Below, in pieces: positions 13,324-27,000 of a DNA stretch of 64,000 bases (position 1 is the first letter of the stretch; each line of letters begins with the position of its first letter). The notes under the pieces were generated by a model. That model worked only from the letters and a program-made list of their open reading frames with translations, did no database searches and was not told where the DNA came from. The stretch lies in NCBI GenBank assembly GCA_964016885.1, contig CAXHJY010001328.1:62001-126000 (forward strand), read 5' to 3'. Origin of the DNA: Eledone cirrhosa. Lineage: Eukaryota. Position numbers and translations under genes: made by a program.

Positions 13324-13446
13324 TGCTTACAAATGTTTCAACAGTAGTTATACAGCCTAGTCATGCTATGTGCAAATTGGTAATTATTTGTAATTATTTG
13401 CAGAAACTCAATTTTCAAATGTTGCTTCTACCGTTTCCTCAGAGCA
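13324..13446 (-). ncRNA. Hammerhead ribozyme candidate (type I, long stem-II insertion)
   Basis: - strand: tgct CTGAGGA AACGGTAG ..~80 nt.. CTACTGTT GAAAC ATTT GTA^agca; lies inside inverted repeat 13270-13355 / 13452-13536. Confidence 0.6.
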
Positions 13447-13531
13447 GAATGCTGTATAACTACTGTTGAAACATTTGTAAGCACTCGGAATAAATTACCT
13501 TTTTTATGATGTCTACCTGTTATTATTCATT

Positions 13532-13574
<43 letters not shown>

Positions 13575-13756
13575 AAATTGTTCAAGACTCCGACGGCAGA
13601 GCTCAAGCCGTTTCGACGGGTATTTCTGGACTAAATTAAATTTTTAGCGCGGTAGTTTAGCGTTCCTATTACCCACTCTACTACCCAAAGTATTGAGTAC
13701 TCTGGTGCGTTATGGTCCACCTGGTTCCTTACCACACTTCCTTCGTTATATATATA

Positions 13757-13797
<41 letters not shown>

Positions 13798-13862
13798 TTA
13801 TATATATATATATTTATATATATTTATATATCTCTATATATATATTTATATTTATATATTTA

Positions 13863-13912
<50 letters not shown>

Positions 13913-14366
13913 GTGTTGACACCACCAACACATCCACCACACCACCATAAACACCATTACCATAAACAACAACACCACACCCACGCCACACACAATAATC
14001 AGCCTCAAATACATGCCAATCTGTCTACCGACAATCCCCCCCCACACACACCACAGCCCATCCCAGCCTGCGACCGTCACCACCATCTTATCATCACATC
14101 CACCCCCACATACACTACAGGCAAAAACATCCCTATGATCTATTCCACCAATCAAAACAAGCCTTATTGACCAACATATGAACTTCTGACTTTACCATAT
14201 AGCATGTATTCATTTTCTACTAGCATTTTAAGGGGTGCGTCAAGCTGTGGATTATAGAGTCGGGTAAGATCGATACAGATCGAACCTTGAGCTGATCAGT
14301 GGCGAAACGCGCGTCACCTACCAATAAATGTAATGAAGGAGTAACCAATCGTCCTTGTTATCTTTT

Positions 14367-14453
<87 letters not shown>

Positions 14454-15316
14454 CAGAGGGGGGTGAGATAGAGATAGAGAGAGAGAGAGCATCTTATACA
14501 AAATCACTGAGGGGTAAATCCCAATAAAACAATCTAAAAAGAACATTTATATATCCCATATTTTCCTTAGGGATATAGTCTTAGTTCAGGAACCTAAAAC
14601 TAGGTTTCACTAAGTTCTCTTACTTTAGTGTCCAACAATAACGTTGACCATTCCAATAGATTGAGATAGCTACCGTTAACAGAACAGCTTTTCATCAGAG
14701 TGTCATCTCTAAGGTATAAGAATAAATATAAATACACATTAAGAGAAATTACTCCATTCTCATCGAAGCAGTAACTTAGTGAAGCCTAGCTTTAGGTTGC
14801 TTAACTAAGACTATATCCCCAGGGAAAGATGCTTGGGAACTGTTCTTTTTTAGATTATTTTATTAGGATCTACTTCTCAGTAATTGTGTATAAGATGTTC
14901 TATGTGTATATACATCGTCCCAGGTCTTCCTGAGTATCCCCACTCCGAGGCTTCCATCGACTTTGAGTGCTCTGCACCTTTTTATACAGCTGTCATCCTT
15001 CATACGTATCATGTGTCCCTACCAACGTAATCTCCTGCACACTACATCCCATTCCTTTTATGCCTAGTTTCTCTCTCAGTTCCTTATGTTTTGCTGTTCA
15101 CATGTATTACTATTACACATCCATTGAAGCATGCCAGCTTCAGTGTGTGTGTGTGTGTGACAATGGAAATAAAACAAAAGTCAGAGATAGGTAGTTAATT
15201 AGTTCATTGTTTTTCGATTGTAGTAAATCAATATATCGATTAGTATGTAGTTGTTATGTCGCTACCTGTTTCTAGTCTCGAAATCCCTGATCTATCCCAC
15301 CATCTTCCAAAGAAAC

Positions 15317-15351
<35 letters not shown>

Positions 15352-15424
15352 GAAATAACAACACAATCGGTACAGTATATGGAAGGGATATATTAGGTTA
15401 ATGCTTGATATAGCAGGAAGAGGG

Positions 15425-15460
15425 TCTTAACGTTTCGGACGCTAGTCCTTCATCAGAAGA
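15425..15460 (-). ncRNA. Minimal hammerhead ribozyme
   Basis: - strand: tctt CTGATGA a GGAC TAGC GTCC GAAAC GTT^aaga; palindromic stem III (AACGTT), typical of Penelope-associated hammerheads. Confidence 0.75.
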
Positions 15461-16434
15461 AAGAATGAGAATTTACAAACATGAGGAAAATACTGAAAAC
15501 CAAAGTAGAAAATATTACATATTTATTATATTACTGAGATAATTCTCTGTTGCTACTCTGAGTTTCACGGGTATATATTGACTTCTTTTTTATATTTACA
15601 GTTGAGAATCGCAAACGGATGAATAAACGGAAGCAGAAGAAAAAAGAGATGAAACCAGAGTTCCACTTCACTGGAGATAAGAAACCTTCAACTAAAGACA
15701 ATCCTTTAGTGAGGTACTGAAGGATACAATACCCTATATTACTGGTATTGTTAAAAGTGGTGGGGGGAGGGGGGGACAATGAAGTATTGAAGATACACCC
15801 CACCTTGTCGCTACATATTATTATTAAAAGTGGTGGTAGTGGTGGTGAAGGGGACAGAAATAATTGAAAGATACCAGTGATATATGTGGGGAAAATAAGA
15901 TTAAATTTGATGAAGGAATAAATTAAGGAAACTGATTGTCAACATTGATGTAGCTGAAAGACTACCCAGGGGTTCATCAACTGGTACATCAGCTTAGGGC
16001 TCAGAAATCAAGGCAGTGCCCCATCAATATCTAATGCTATAAACACAATCTTAAAAAAAAATCTGAACCTCTTTCAATTTTGAGAGCAGCACTCCTTCCT
16101 CCCTTGAGTCTGAAAACACTCTTGTTTGGCCTTGCAAAATTCCTCTCAGAGGCTCTAATGGTACCAGTGATATATGTGGCATTAATAAAGCCACCTTGGA
16201 TGAAGGCAGAGAGAATTAATAGGATTTGGGATTGTTTGTGGAAAAGAACAGAGAAGTACTGAAAGGTTTCTCCCATACCAGTGGCATAACAAGGAATATT
16301 AGGATTATAGGGAGATAGTGAGGTATTACAGAATATTTAATTAATTCTGGTATAGATTGTTAATGATGATTGGTGAAGGTGGAGCTTGTTAAAGTGGAAG
16401 GGGGACAGTAGAGTATTGAAAGATACCAGTGCTA

Positions 16435-16626
16435 TATGAGGGTCGGCACAAAAGTTCATAGACTGACCAAGATACTCTCATGGAATGACAAAATGAGGTT
16501 TATTTTTCAACATAGTTCCTGGAAAAAAACAATGCAGTTATTAATAAGAAGAGTTGAAATGAATGCATGGAGATTTCACAGCTCTAGCATTAATCCTTTA
16601 TATGAACTTTTCAGACAACCCTTATA
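16435..16626. mobile_element. Tc1/mariner-like MITE, short form
   Basis: TATGAGGGT..AAAAGTTCATA ... TATGAACTTTT..ACCCTTATA; homologous to the ends of 11233-11886. Confidence 0.65.
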
Positions 16627-16654
16627 TGTGGGGATTACCACAGTGGAAGAGACA

Positions 16655-17380
16655 CTACCTACGAGACTGATTAGAAGTGGAAGGTATACCAGATCTGGGG
16701 ACCAGACCTGAGACTGATGAGAGGTGGAAAGTATACCAGATCTGGGGACCAGACCTGAGACTGATTAGAGGTGGAAGGTATACCAGATCTGGGGACCAGA
16801 CCTGAGACTGATTAGAGGTGGAAGGTATACCAGATCTGGGGACCAGACCTACGAGACTGATGAGAGGTGGAAGGTATACCAGATATGGGGACCAGACCTG
16901 AGACTGATGAGAGGTGGAAGGTATACCAGATCTGGGGACCAGACCTACGAGACTGATTAGAGGTGGAAGGTATACCAGATATGGGGACCAGACCTGAGAC
17001 TGATGAGAGGTGGAAGGTATACCAGATCTGGGGACCAGACCTACGAGACTGATTAGAGGTGGAAGGTATACCAGATCTGGGGACCAGACCTGAGACTGAT
17101 GAGAGGTGGAAGGTATACCAGATCTGGGGACCAGACCTACGAGACTGATTAGAGGTGGAAGGTATACCAGATCTGGGGACCAGACCTGAGACTGATGAGA
17201 GGTGGAAGGTATACCAGATCTGGGGACCAGACCTACGAGACTGATGAGAGGTGGAAGGTATACCAGATATGGGGACCAGACCTACGAGACTGATGAGAGG
17301 TGGAAGGTATACCAGATATGGGGACCAGACCTGAGACTGATGAGAGGTGGAAGGTATACCAGATACGGGGACCAGGCCTG
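16655..17380. repeat. 41/43-bp minisatellite, about 17 copies
   Basis: GAGACTGAT(G/T)AGAGGTGGAAGGTATACCAGAT(C/A)TGGGGACCAGACCT(AC). Confidence 0.95.
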
Positions 17381-17590
17381 AATTCTTGCAACAGAGTGGA
17401 ATCCACTAAAGATGCCCAAATGCCAGATAATGGAATTAAACTGGGTGATGGATTAAGTTTACCACCTGAGTAAGCCCCAGCAGGATGTGAACTCAGAACC
17501 TGAAGATCTGATTAAATGCTGAAAAGTATTTTGTCCAACACTCTAACAATTCTACTAATCCCTCATCTTGGATGGCACATTATTTTATAT

Positions 17591-17821
17591 GCGGTGAATT
17601 GGCAGTATCGGTAGAGGGTTGGACACCATGCTAGGGTGGTGAATTGGTAGTATCGGTAGAGGGTTGGACACCATGCTTTCTAGCATAGTTACGGCCCTTT
17701 ATGATCTGAGTTCAAATCCCGTCGAGATTAACTTTGCCTTTCATCCTTACGGGGTCGATAAAATAAAGTACCAGTAATGTACTGGGTAATTGCTGGCCTT
17801 GTGCCAAAAGTAGAAACAATT
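17591..17821 (+). mobile_element. tRNA-derived SINE (family A) with duplicated head
   Basis: GGTGAATTGG(C/T)AGTATCGGTAGAGGGTTGGACACCATGCT occurs twice, followed by the same body as 12264-12453. Confidence 0.85.
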
Positions 17822-18214
17822 ATTTTATAAGCCCCTGTGAAGAACGAAAGGTAAAGTTGATCTTGATAAGATTAACAAGAGTTTGATTACATTGTCAAAC
17901 TAATCATTAACCAGAACAGGTGGGTAGAAGAGTGGGGAAGTCATCATCATCATCATCATCTTCGTTTAACATCAATCTTCCACGCTAGCATGGGTTAGAA
18001 CATTTCTCATATCAATGGTATAAGTGAGAAGATTATCTGCTGTTGGAGGAAAGAATTCATTCTTTGCAGATTAAAAGGATTTTAAATAAATTTTTAATAA
18101 ATTTTAAAAGATTTTTGTTTATTGTTGTTTAATTTTCTGTGTTTAACACTTCCATTTCCATATTTTGGAAATAATCAAGAATTTGGAGGGATTTAGTAAT
18201 ATAATTAACTTTCT

Positions 18215-18950
18215 CAATGTTACATGGTAGTGAGACATGGGCACTGTGTGCAGAAGATCTGCAAAGATTGGAAAGAAATGGAGCTGGCAAGCTTCGATGG
18301 ATGTGTAATAGTAATATACATGAATGGCAAAGCATAAATGAACCGAGAGAGAAACTGGGCATAAGAAGGATCAGTTTGCATTGGTATGGCCATGTGATGC
18401 ATATGCCAGATGACAGCTGTATAATAAGGTTCAGGGCACTCAAGGTTGAAGGAAGCTATCGTGAAGGAAGATCCAGGAGACTTGAGATGAGGTGATAAAA
18501 GCAGACTTTGCACAATTACACCTCTCAAGGACAACGACACAGGATCATGATCTCTGTCGTTATGTATTAATACAGAAGACTCCCCTTCCCATGTGCACAT
18601 ATTGAAGCATACATCTAGTACATAATACTTTCCCTTACCTCCCCCTCCATCCATACACCTCCTATGCCCTAACACCCATCATTCATCCACACACACCACT
18701 AGATCTACTTCTCCAGCCCCCATGAACCTTAGCCCTCAGTTTACACAGTAAAGTGGTCATGTAGGTGTCACGACAAAAAGCATTCGGTCCACACTGTAAA
18801 TATGGTTGGCATAAGGAAGGGCATCCAGCCATAAAAACCAAGTCAAAATCAGTTCTGTATGAGCAAGACACGGTTACCTGATTTGGCTTGTTTCACTCGT
18901 CTAACCCATGCTAGCATGGATGAATGGTCGTTAAACGGTGATGATGATGA
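18215..18950 (+). mobile_element. Degenerate 5'-truncated RTE LINE
   Basis: MLHGSETWALC...LRWMCNSN...WYGHVM, then 3' UTR and (GAT)n tail. Confidence 0.85.
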
Positions 18951-19490
18951 TATATATATATAGATATAGATATATATAGAATAAGAAAATGTGAAGTAGT
19001 TTCAGATGTTAAAGTCCCATATTTCAATGATGACAGTGGGCATGTGGTTCCGCATACCCAGTGCCATGCTCTCATCAGACAGCTTCTTACATAATAAGGT
19101 TACGTTCCTGAGGCAATCCAAATTGAAACGACAAGGGAACGAACAAAGATGATGTTCTTGAATCCCTCGCCCATTCCCTTGTGAGCCCTAATTTTCCTCC
19201 ACAGCTTTGTGCAGGCGCAAATGTGAAGGAAGTTGATCATCTAACTACTACTCCTAAACACAACGAAACTAGCCTAGGCAAGTCCCCCACCACCAATCAA
19301 TCACCCCATCCAGACCGGTAAGGTAACACGGTCATAGGGTTCATGCCAGCCAGTAAGTTGTAGTTTACTGCTAGTACTACGTCCAGTGGTAGCCGACTGA
19401 AACTTTGTGGTAGTGGAAGAGTATAAGTTTCAATAGGTTTCAATGCTACCCTAAATTATGCTTGGACAATAGAATTGACCATCACCCATG

Positions 19491-19526
<36 letters not shown>

Positions 19527-19528
<2 letters not shown>

Positions 19529-21385
19529 CATCCTTAACTGCTACAAGGGTAAAGGAGATGCCCTAGATAGGAGTAACTATAGAGGCATTAAATTAATCGA
19601 CCAGGTCATGAAGGTCACGGAAAAAGTAATAGCGCAACTAATCAGAGAGAGAATTGATCTAGATGAAATGCAGTTCGGGTTTGTGTCAGGCAAAAGTACC
19701 ACAGACGCTCTTTTCATTGTACGACAACTACAGGAGAAGTACCTAGCTAAAAGTAAACCCCTATACTTAGCTTTTGTCGACTTGGAGAAAGCCTTCGACA
19801 GAGTCCCCCGTTCCATTATCTGGTGGGCTCTCAGAAAACTAGGTGTTGATAAATGGCTTGTGAGAGCTATACAAGCCATGTATAAAGAAACAGTCAGCAA
19901 GGTTAGAATTAACAACGAATATAGTGAAGAGTTTAGCGTAAAAGTTGGTGTTCATCAGGGCTCTGTTCTCAGCCCCCTACTATTTATTATTGCCCTTCAG
20001 GCTATAACAGTGGAGTTCAAGACCGGCTGCCCATGGGAACTCCTATACGCAGATGATCTAACGCTCATAGCTGAATCAATGGCCGAACTAGAGAAGAAAT
20101 TCCAAACATAGAAACACGGCCTAGAAACAAAAGGCCTTAAAATTAACCTGGCTAAGACTAACGTTCTAGTTTGTAGGAAGGAAAATAGGGCGCCGGTCCC
20201 ATCCGGGAAATGGCCATGCTCAGTGTGTAGGAAAGGAGTAGGTAGAAACTCCATTTTATGTCCCAAATGCAAAGTATGGGTGCATAAAAGATGTAGTGGG
20301 ATCACAGGTAAGCTAACTAAGAACATAGATTTTACATGTGGCCGATGTTCTGGTGCAATAAGTAGCAGCAAGTGCCCACAAAATACTAGCTCTTTCAATT
20401 GCGCAGAGGGTTCTATAGAAATAGTGGACAGCTTCCGTTACCTGGGTGACAAGATCAGCAGTGGGGGAGGGTGCTCTGAAAGTACAGTAGCTAGAGTCAG
20501 AACTGGATGGAAAAGTTCAGAGAGCTTATACCACTATTATCCGCTAAAGGGTTCTCCCTAAAAATGAAAGGCAGGCTGTATGATGCCTGCATACGAACAG
20601 CAATGTTGCATGGCAGTGAAACCTGGGCATTGTGTGCAGAGGATATACGCAGACTAGAGAGGAACGAAGCTTGTATGCTCCGCTGGATGTGTAATAGTAA
20701 TATACGTGAACGGCAAAGCATTAACGAACTAAGGGAAACATTAGAAATAAGAGGGATCAGATGTTGTTTACTCGAGAGAAGGCTACGTTGGTATGGTCAC
20801 GTGATGTGCATGAAAGACGACAGCTGTATAAAAAAGTGCAGGGCAATAAAAATAGACGGTAGCCACGGAGTAGGCAGACCCAGAAAAACCTGGGACGACT
20901 TGATAAATTCCAACCTCACACACTTACACCTCTCCAAGACAATGTCACTGGACCGAGATCTTTGGTGGTACTCAGTAATAGAGAAGACCCGCCTTACCTA
21001 AATACAAAGTAAAACCTACTACAGTCAGTAGGCACCTCTAACAAAATACACCCCCGTCCCACTACCCCCACCCTATCCACACAGCCCCTTTCAATGTAAA
21101 GTTATGTTGGTAACACAACATCCAGGCCGAAACAAATGAGGTCGTGTAGGTGTCACGACAAAAAAAACACACAGTCCACGCTGTAATGTGGCCATGTAGG
21201 TAACACGGTAAAAACCTCCCAGTTCCACACTGTAAATGTGGTTGGTGTTAGGAAGGGCATCCAGCCGTAGAAAACCCGCCAGACAGTCCTATGCGAGCAA
21301 GACAACCACTCTTGCCTCAAGTGGGAAAACTCCCGTCCAAACCCATGCAAGCGTGGAATATGGACGTTAAACGATGATGATGATA
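19527..21385 (+). mobile_element. 5'-truncated RTE LINE with disrupted RT ORF
   Basis: NYRGIKL, FVDLEKAFDRV, GVHQGSVLSPLLF, LLYADDL; premature stop at 20111 and frameshift near 20510; UTR and (GAT)n tail; TA arrays on both sides. Confidence 0.95.
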
Positions 21386-22158
21386 ATATATATATATGTA
21401 TATATATATATACCAGCGTACTTAAAACATTCAAACATTAACTAAATACGAACTCAATACATGTAAGTAAAGTGTAAGATTTGTTGAAGAGAAAAGTGGC
21501 AGTGACTTTGAAGTATAATAAAATCGAAGTTTTGGCTGTGGCCAAGCTAACAATATACAATTAGGAATGTGCAGCAAAGCACTTGATAAGGTTGTGTCAC
21601 CTTAGAGTAATAACATACGTTAGATAGCTTGACAAATTGAAAACTGCAACAGGTGAGCCCAGCCACATAATACCAAAGCAACAAAAATCCAATCAGATCA
21701 GATAAATAAACCTGGACCATCTTGAACGATATTAAGCAATACCTCCGATAGGTTTCTATGAATCCAAAATCAACAATCCTACTTGCGCAATATGCAAGTT
21801 TATGGTATTCGATGACCGAACTGTGGACTCATGTTGTCAACAGGCTTCTGTTGTGCCTCGAACCGGTGTGAAGTGTAGCAGTAACCCACTGCCAATGGTA
21901 GCAGTCAATGTTTCACTATCACGTGCTTCTTCCCCAATAAGGGAAGTAACCCCCGGTTTTTGGTGGGCAAATTCAAAGTGTGAACAAAGGAATTGATTCC
22001 ATCCCACAAACCGAATAATTATTACTATATATATATATATATAATTATTATTATTAAAAAACATTTCTCAATGCAGTTACTTGCTACCTAAGGTTTCAAA
22101 GCGTACTCTAGCACAGGTAATAGAGACACTATATATGCTTGTGTTGCTTATCTTTCAG

Positions 22159-22247
22159 GTAGGAATAAAATGATCTCGTTTGATGATCCTGCAAGTGCGC
22201 AGGTGAAACTCCAGAGTAACAAGGCTAAATACTTGGCCATTAAATGA
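22159..22247 (+). CDS. Candidate terminal exon of the Stum-like gene
   Basis: TTGCTTATCTTTCAG acceptor, phase-compatible with exon 2 (A+GT=Ser); reads SRNKMISFDDPASAQVKLQSNKAKYLAIK*; lies in non-repetitive sequence. No homology support. Confidence 0.4.
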
Positions 22248-22319
22248 ATATATATACATATATCATCATCATGATTTCCTCTCCATTGTTTCATGCTTAC
22301 ATGTGTGTGTGTGTGTGTA

Positions 22320-22654
22320 TATCATCATTTCATTTTACGTCCGCTTTTTCCCTGCTTGCAAGGGGTGGGACGGGAACTGATTCTGGCTTGATTTCTACAG
22401 CTGGATGCCCTTCCTAATACCAACTTCATTTACAGTGAGTGCTGGGTGCTTTTTTGCTGTGGCACCTCCACGTCTACTTTGCAGTGGAATGATATGGACC
22501 CCAGTCCCTATCATCTCATTTCTACAGATGAGTAAACTGAAGCAATGTGAAATAAAGTGTCTTGCTCAAGGAAACATCACCCGGTCTGAGAATTGAACTC
22601 ACAATCTTTCGATTGCAAGGCCAATGCTCTAACCACTAAGCCATGTGCCTCCAT
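22320..22654 (-). mobile_element. tRNA-derived SINE (family B, RTE-like tail)
   Basis: Reverse complement of 41270-41614. Confidence 0.85.
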
Positions 22655-23888
22655 GTATATGTATATATACACACACACACACAATTACTGTAAGGAAGCA
22701 AATTTGTAGATTCATTAGAACATTGGATAGAATGCTTTGTTCTATTTGTTCTGGCTCTCTCCACTCCGGGTTCAAATCACACAAAAATCTCAACTTTTCC
22801 TCAGGGTTAATGAAAAATATCAATCCTGTACTGAAGTTGATGTTTTCCTCTATATCTCTTTCTTTCCTTCTCTGGAAAAGACCCAGAGTTATGGGTCTAT
22901 ACACACATATACTTACTGTACATAGATACTTACTCTCTCTCTCAATATATATACTTATTGCCTTTTTCTATTGTGTGGTCAACATAGCTATTATATCTTC
23001 CCACTTCAATACTTCATGTAAACTGTCCATCTTTTTGTAGCTTTACATTATTGTTGTTGTTTTTGCCAATCCTGTTGTAAACATTAAACACTGCAGGTAT
23101 TTTTCATTTCTTCATACACCATTATATGTATTGTCTGTCCAGTGTAAACACAATTCTGTATAAACAGCCATTAACACATTAGCTTGTGTAAATAACAACT
23201 TATTAATTGGTGGTTGTTAAAAACAAACAAATAGCAGTCATCTGTGATCAATGGTATCCAGGTAACATTGATTTACCAAGAGGACAAATATATGGTCATC
23301 TGTCCTGTTAGATCTAGCAGTGGACACAGCATGGTCAAATTTAGGTAAATGATAGATTTAAATATAATGATCAACTAAAATCATGAATAAACAAGGGGCC
23401 TTTTGTTTGAAGTACAGCCAGTGATCTGAAATCAAATAAGATACAGGTGTGGTTAAGTAGTTTGCTTCACAATTATAAGGTTCTAGGTTCAATCTCAATG
23501 CATTGCCTCTGGGGTAAATGTTATTTACTATATGCTTGGGTCAATCCAAACCATTTAAGTGAGTTGGATAAATGGAAACTGGAAGCTTGTTTGGTGGACT
23601 GTACCTGTCTGTAATTCAAAGAGCTAGCCTTTTCACACACTGTGCCATGCTGAATCTCCCTGAGAATTACATTCACAGTAAATATATCAGTGAAATACAC
23701 AGCCACTTACTCTGTAATACAAGATGGACTGTGTGTGAAATTCAAAGGTCCAATCTTGACACACACTGTCATGCCGAATCTCCTTGAAGGGTACATTAAG
23801 AGTACATATGTCAGTGGAATACTCAGTTACTTATACTATAATACAAGATGGACTCTACCAGCCTTGTCACACACAATCTCCCAAAGAA

Positions 23889-24104
23889 TTAACCCTTTAC
23901 CATTTACATTACTCTATATATACTATTGTATTTTCACAGTAAAAGCTTTACCTCACATAATATCGAATCTATGAGATTTTGTTATTATCTATTTTGAGAA
24001 CAATACCTTAACATCAGTATGAGTAGCCAGTTATGGCTGGTTTGAACAGAAAGAGGTGAGAGAATTCAGGCTGGATATGGCCGGTTTAAATGCTAAAGAG
24101 TTAA
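23889..24104. mobile_element. piggyBac-like MITE
   Basis: TTAA-CCCTTTACCATT...AATGCTAAAGAG-TTAA; body matches the 2620 copy. Confidence 0.8.
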
Positions 24105-25036
24105 GGGCACATGTGTCCCTGGAATGTACAGCTTCTTGCACATTAATTTCAGGAAGAGTAATTTGGTAGGGAAAGTCAATTACACTGGTTCTTCATTTTA
24201 TCAAACTTGGAAAGATGAAAATCAAAGTTGACCTTAATCAGATTTGAACTCAGAATGTAAAAGGCTGTTACTAAATGCTACAATACATTTTATCCGATGC
24301 TCTACTGATACGGTCAATCCACCTCCCATAAGATAAAATAATAAAAATATAAATTTTAAAACAAAGAAAAAAACCATTAAATGGTTTTTTTTTCTAGTTT
24401 ATCTTCTCTGGAAAGATGAAAGGCAAAGTTAATCCTTTTGGGAATTGAACTCAGAATGCTGGAAAATAACAACAACAATAAATAATAATTTCTTTATTGG
24501 CCTCAGAGCCTCATAAATACATAGAAATTTTTTTATATGAAATGGCTAGAGTTATGTCACCCATACACAGATATTCCAAGAGAAATTACATGGGAAAAGA
24601 TAAAAATATAAAACAATTTGATAGAAAGGGAAGTGGATGTTGTAAGAAACATCTAAAATGGTTGGTGCCAGGAAGAACATCTGGCTGTAAAACAGTGTTT
24701 CAATAAAGGACTCATGATAAGTACGGGGTCTGCAACACTTTAACAGGAAAACTTACTTTAACCCTTCTGTTACCAGCCTGGACCAAACTGGCTCTGTTTC
24801 TATGAAATAAAATCACCCATTTTAAATGTTTCCAATTTAAATTAAAATCTTCCAACATAATTTTATATAAGAACCTAAGTTACTCTCTTAGTAATGAATT
24901 AGTTGATAATTTTAGTAAATCCCTCAAAATTCTTCATTAATTCATTGAAATAGAATGTATTTTATTAGAAATAGTTATGAAAGGCTTAACATGCTTGTTA
25001 TTAATTACAGAGATACAACACTGTATATTCTATTTA

Positions 25037-25114
25037 TATATAACCCACACTGTAACAGGGGTGGTACCACAGTAATTACTGTGGTACCATTCCTGTTACA
25101 GTGTGGGTTATATA
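25037..25114. repeat. 78-bp near-perfect palindrome
   Basis: TATATAACCCACACTGTAACAGG-GG-TGGTACCACAGTAA|TTACTGTGGTACCA-TT-CCTGTTACAGTGTGGGTTATATA. Confidence 0.9.
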
Positions 25115-25632
25115 TTGCAGCTATTGTTTTGTACTTTTCTAGAATTTCTTGCTAATGAGGTTTCATTTGGTTTGTTAATTCAAATGTTTATAGTATCTTT
25201 ACTAGTGAACAAATTGCAGTGAAAAATTGTAGTATTAAAATAAAGACTTTAATTTTTAATATAATGCAGTCATAGTGCTGTTTTGTACTTTTCAAGAATG
25301 TCTTTTTAATGTGGGTTCATGAAGTACAGGACATTAAGAGTTAAAAAATAGTCTTCCACCGCTTTATCTCTGTATATTATGAAATAGTATTGTTTCAAAT
25401 TTTCTTAAAATCTTCTAAAGTTTTATTGAAAATTTTGCCAAAAATTTTCTCAAATATTTCATGAAAATGTTTCCACAAAATTTTACCAAATATTTTTCTC
25501 AAAGTTGTTTTAAAAATCTTCAGCAAAATTTTTGCATGTCCTAAACAATCGTTTTCTTCCCCTCACTGCAGTTTCCACCATCACCTTCACATCTCCATTA
25601 TCTCCTCTATTGTTATCATCCATCTCAATGAG

Positions 25633-27000
25633 TTAAATGCACCATTCATCTTCTCTTTTGAGCCAGATGTAGTAACTCACTTTCTCAGCTGCCTCACATA
25701 ATGCCCCCAAAAAGTGTTTCCTCTCTGTTGCCAACAGTCCAAGGCCCCTGAAGAGTGAGTCAACCTTGGTTCCGACAAATCCTTTGACTAATATCTCTAT
25801 AGGGAAACAAGAGACCTCCCATCTGCAGCTTTCACAGAGTACAACCAGCTCACTGTACATCCTGGCCTTACTGTTAAATGTTCACTTCCCAAGTGAAGAA
25901 AGCTCCCCCATCTTCACCACCTTCCTTTCCTTGCTCCACAAGACATGGTTGGGTCTTTTAATGGTAATAAGGGGAAAGTGGTATTTGCTGTCCAAGTCAA
26001 CTGAGACCACCCAGATAACCTCCCATTTTGGGTCAGTCTTCTTTCGTACAGTGTTCTCCAGCCTGTTGGTCAGAGTAGGACACTTTTTGTGAACTTTGTA
26101 TGGCACTCCTTCCTGGCTAGACACACTCTTAGATAATGTTTTTCTGATAAGTCCCAGATTTCCTTTATTCAAAGGTCATCAAGGTCAAATTGTGTTCTGG
26201 GTGCTATTAACATTGGTATCCTAGCATTGTTGACATCGGGATATCTTGGAGATTATCACTATATGCATTGCACAAGTGTGACTCCAGTTCTTCCTTGCTG
26301 CATGTCAGGTTACCATTTCTGCTCTCCCAGAACAGTAAGGATCTTTGACAACTCTCCTTTGTCTCTGTTGCCTGAGCCATCTCCTTTCCTTTCTTCTCTC
26401 AATTCGCACCAGCTGGCAGAGGCACTTCTTATCATTACAGCATTTTTAAAGGTGTTTTTTCTACTTCCCTTGCTTCAATCCATCTGCTCCTTAACAACTC
26501 CCTTTTCACCTCTTCTATGAGGCAACTCCTCTTGCTTTTGCCTCCTAGTAATTCTTACCATCTCTACTTAGTGTACCAAACCATTCCTCACCTGTGTGGT
26601 AGATTGAAGCAGCAAGTATCTAGAGCTCTTTTACTGACAGTCACTTCTTCATTTTGCCTTCCATCTTCTTCAGTGCTGCCCATTTGAACTCCTTGTAGGT
26701 AGAAAGTTCATTTTCTTTGGGTCATCTGATCTTCATTAACTTGCCCCCACTATCTGTGGTGTGCTTCTTGAGCACTATCAATGCTTATCATCTGATTGAC
26801 ATTGCAATGCTGTATATACAATCTCTACCCATGAATCCGAAGCCCTTTCAGTGTACTAAACTGCTTCCTACAGCACATCTGCTCAAGCTTTTCAGAACTG
26901 CAGAAGTTTAAGTCACTATCAGTTTTCATGTCCAAGTTCATTTCTGGTTCATTAATGATATGACCAGTAGCCCTTATTCTCCCTCAATTTCCAGAGCAAT
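25633..27000 (-). pseudogene. Decayed HERO-like LINE (restriction-like endonuclease C-terminus)
   Basis: - strand frames give KRPNHVLWS..K.VKMGEL (RPD.VLWS..EL motif) and WEVSCFPIEI..KGFVG...EAAEKVSYYIWLKRE, like HERO-clade C-termini; the upstream boundary is approximate. Confidence 0.7.

Noticed and set aside
16655-17380. Tandem hammerhead array (each unit has CTGATGAG-AGGT...ACCT-GAGAC) or CRISPR-like array
   Set aside because: GAGA instead of GAAA, no stem I/III or cleavage triplet; units are contiguous with no unique spacers.
19011-19085. - strand CTGATGA...hairpin...GAAA
   Set aside because: No valid stem III or NUH triplet after GAAA.
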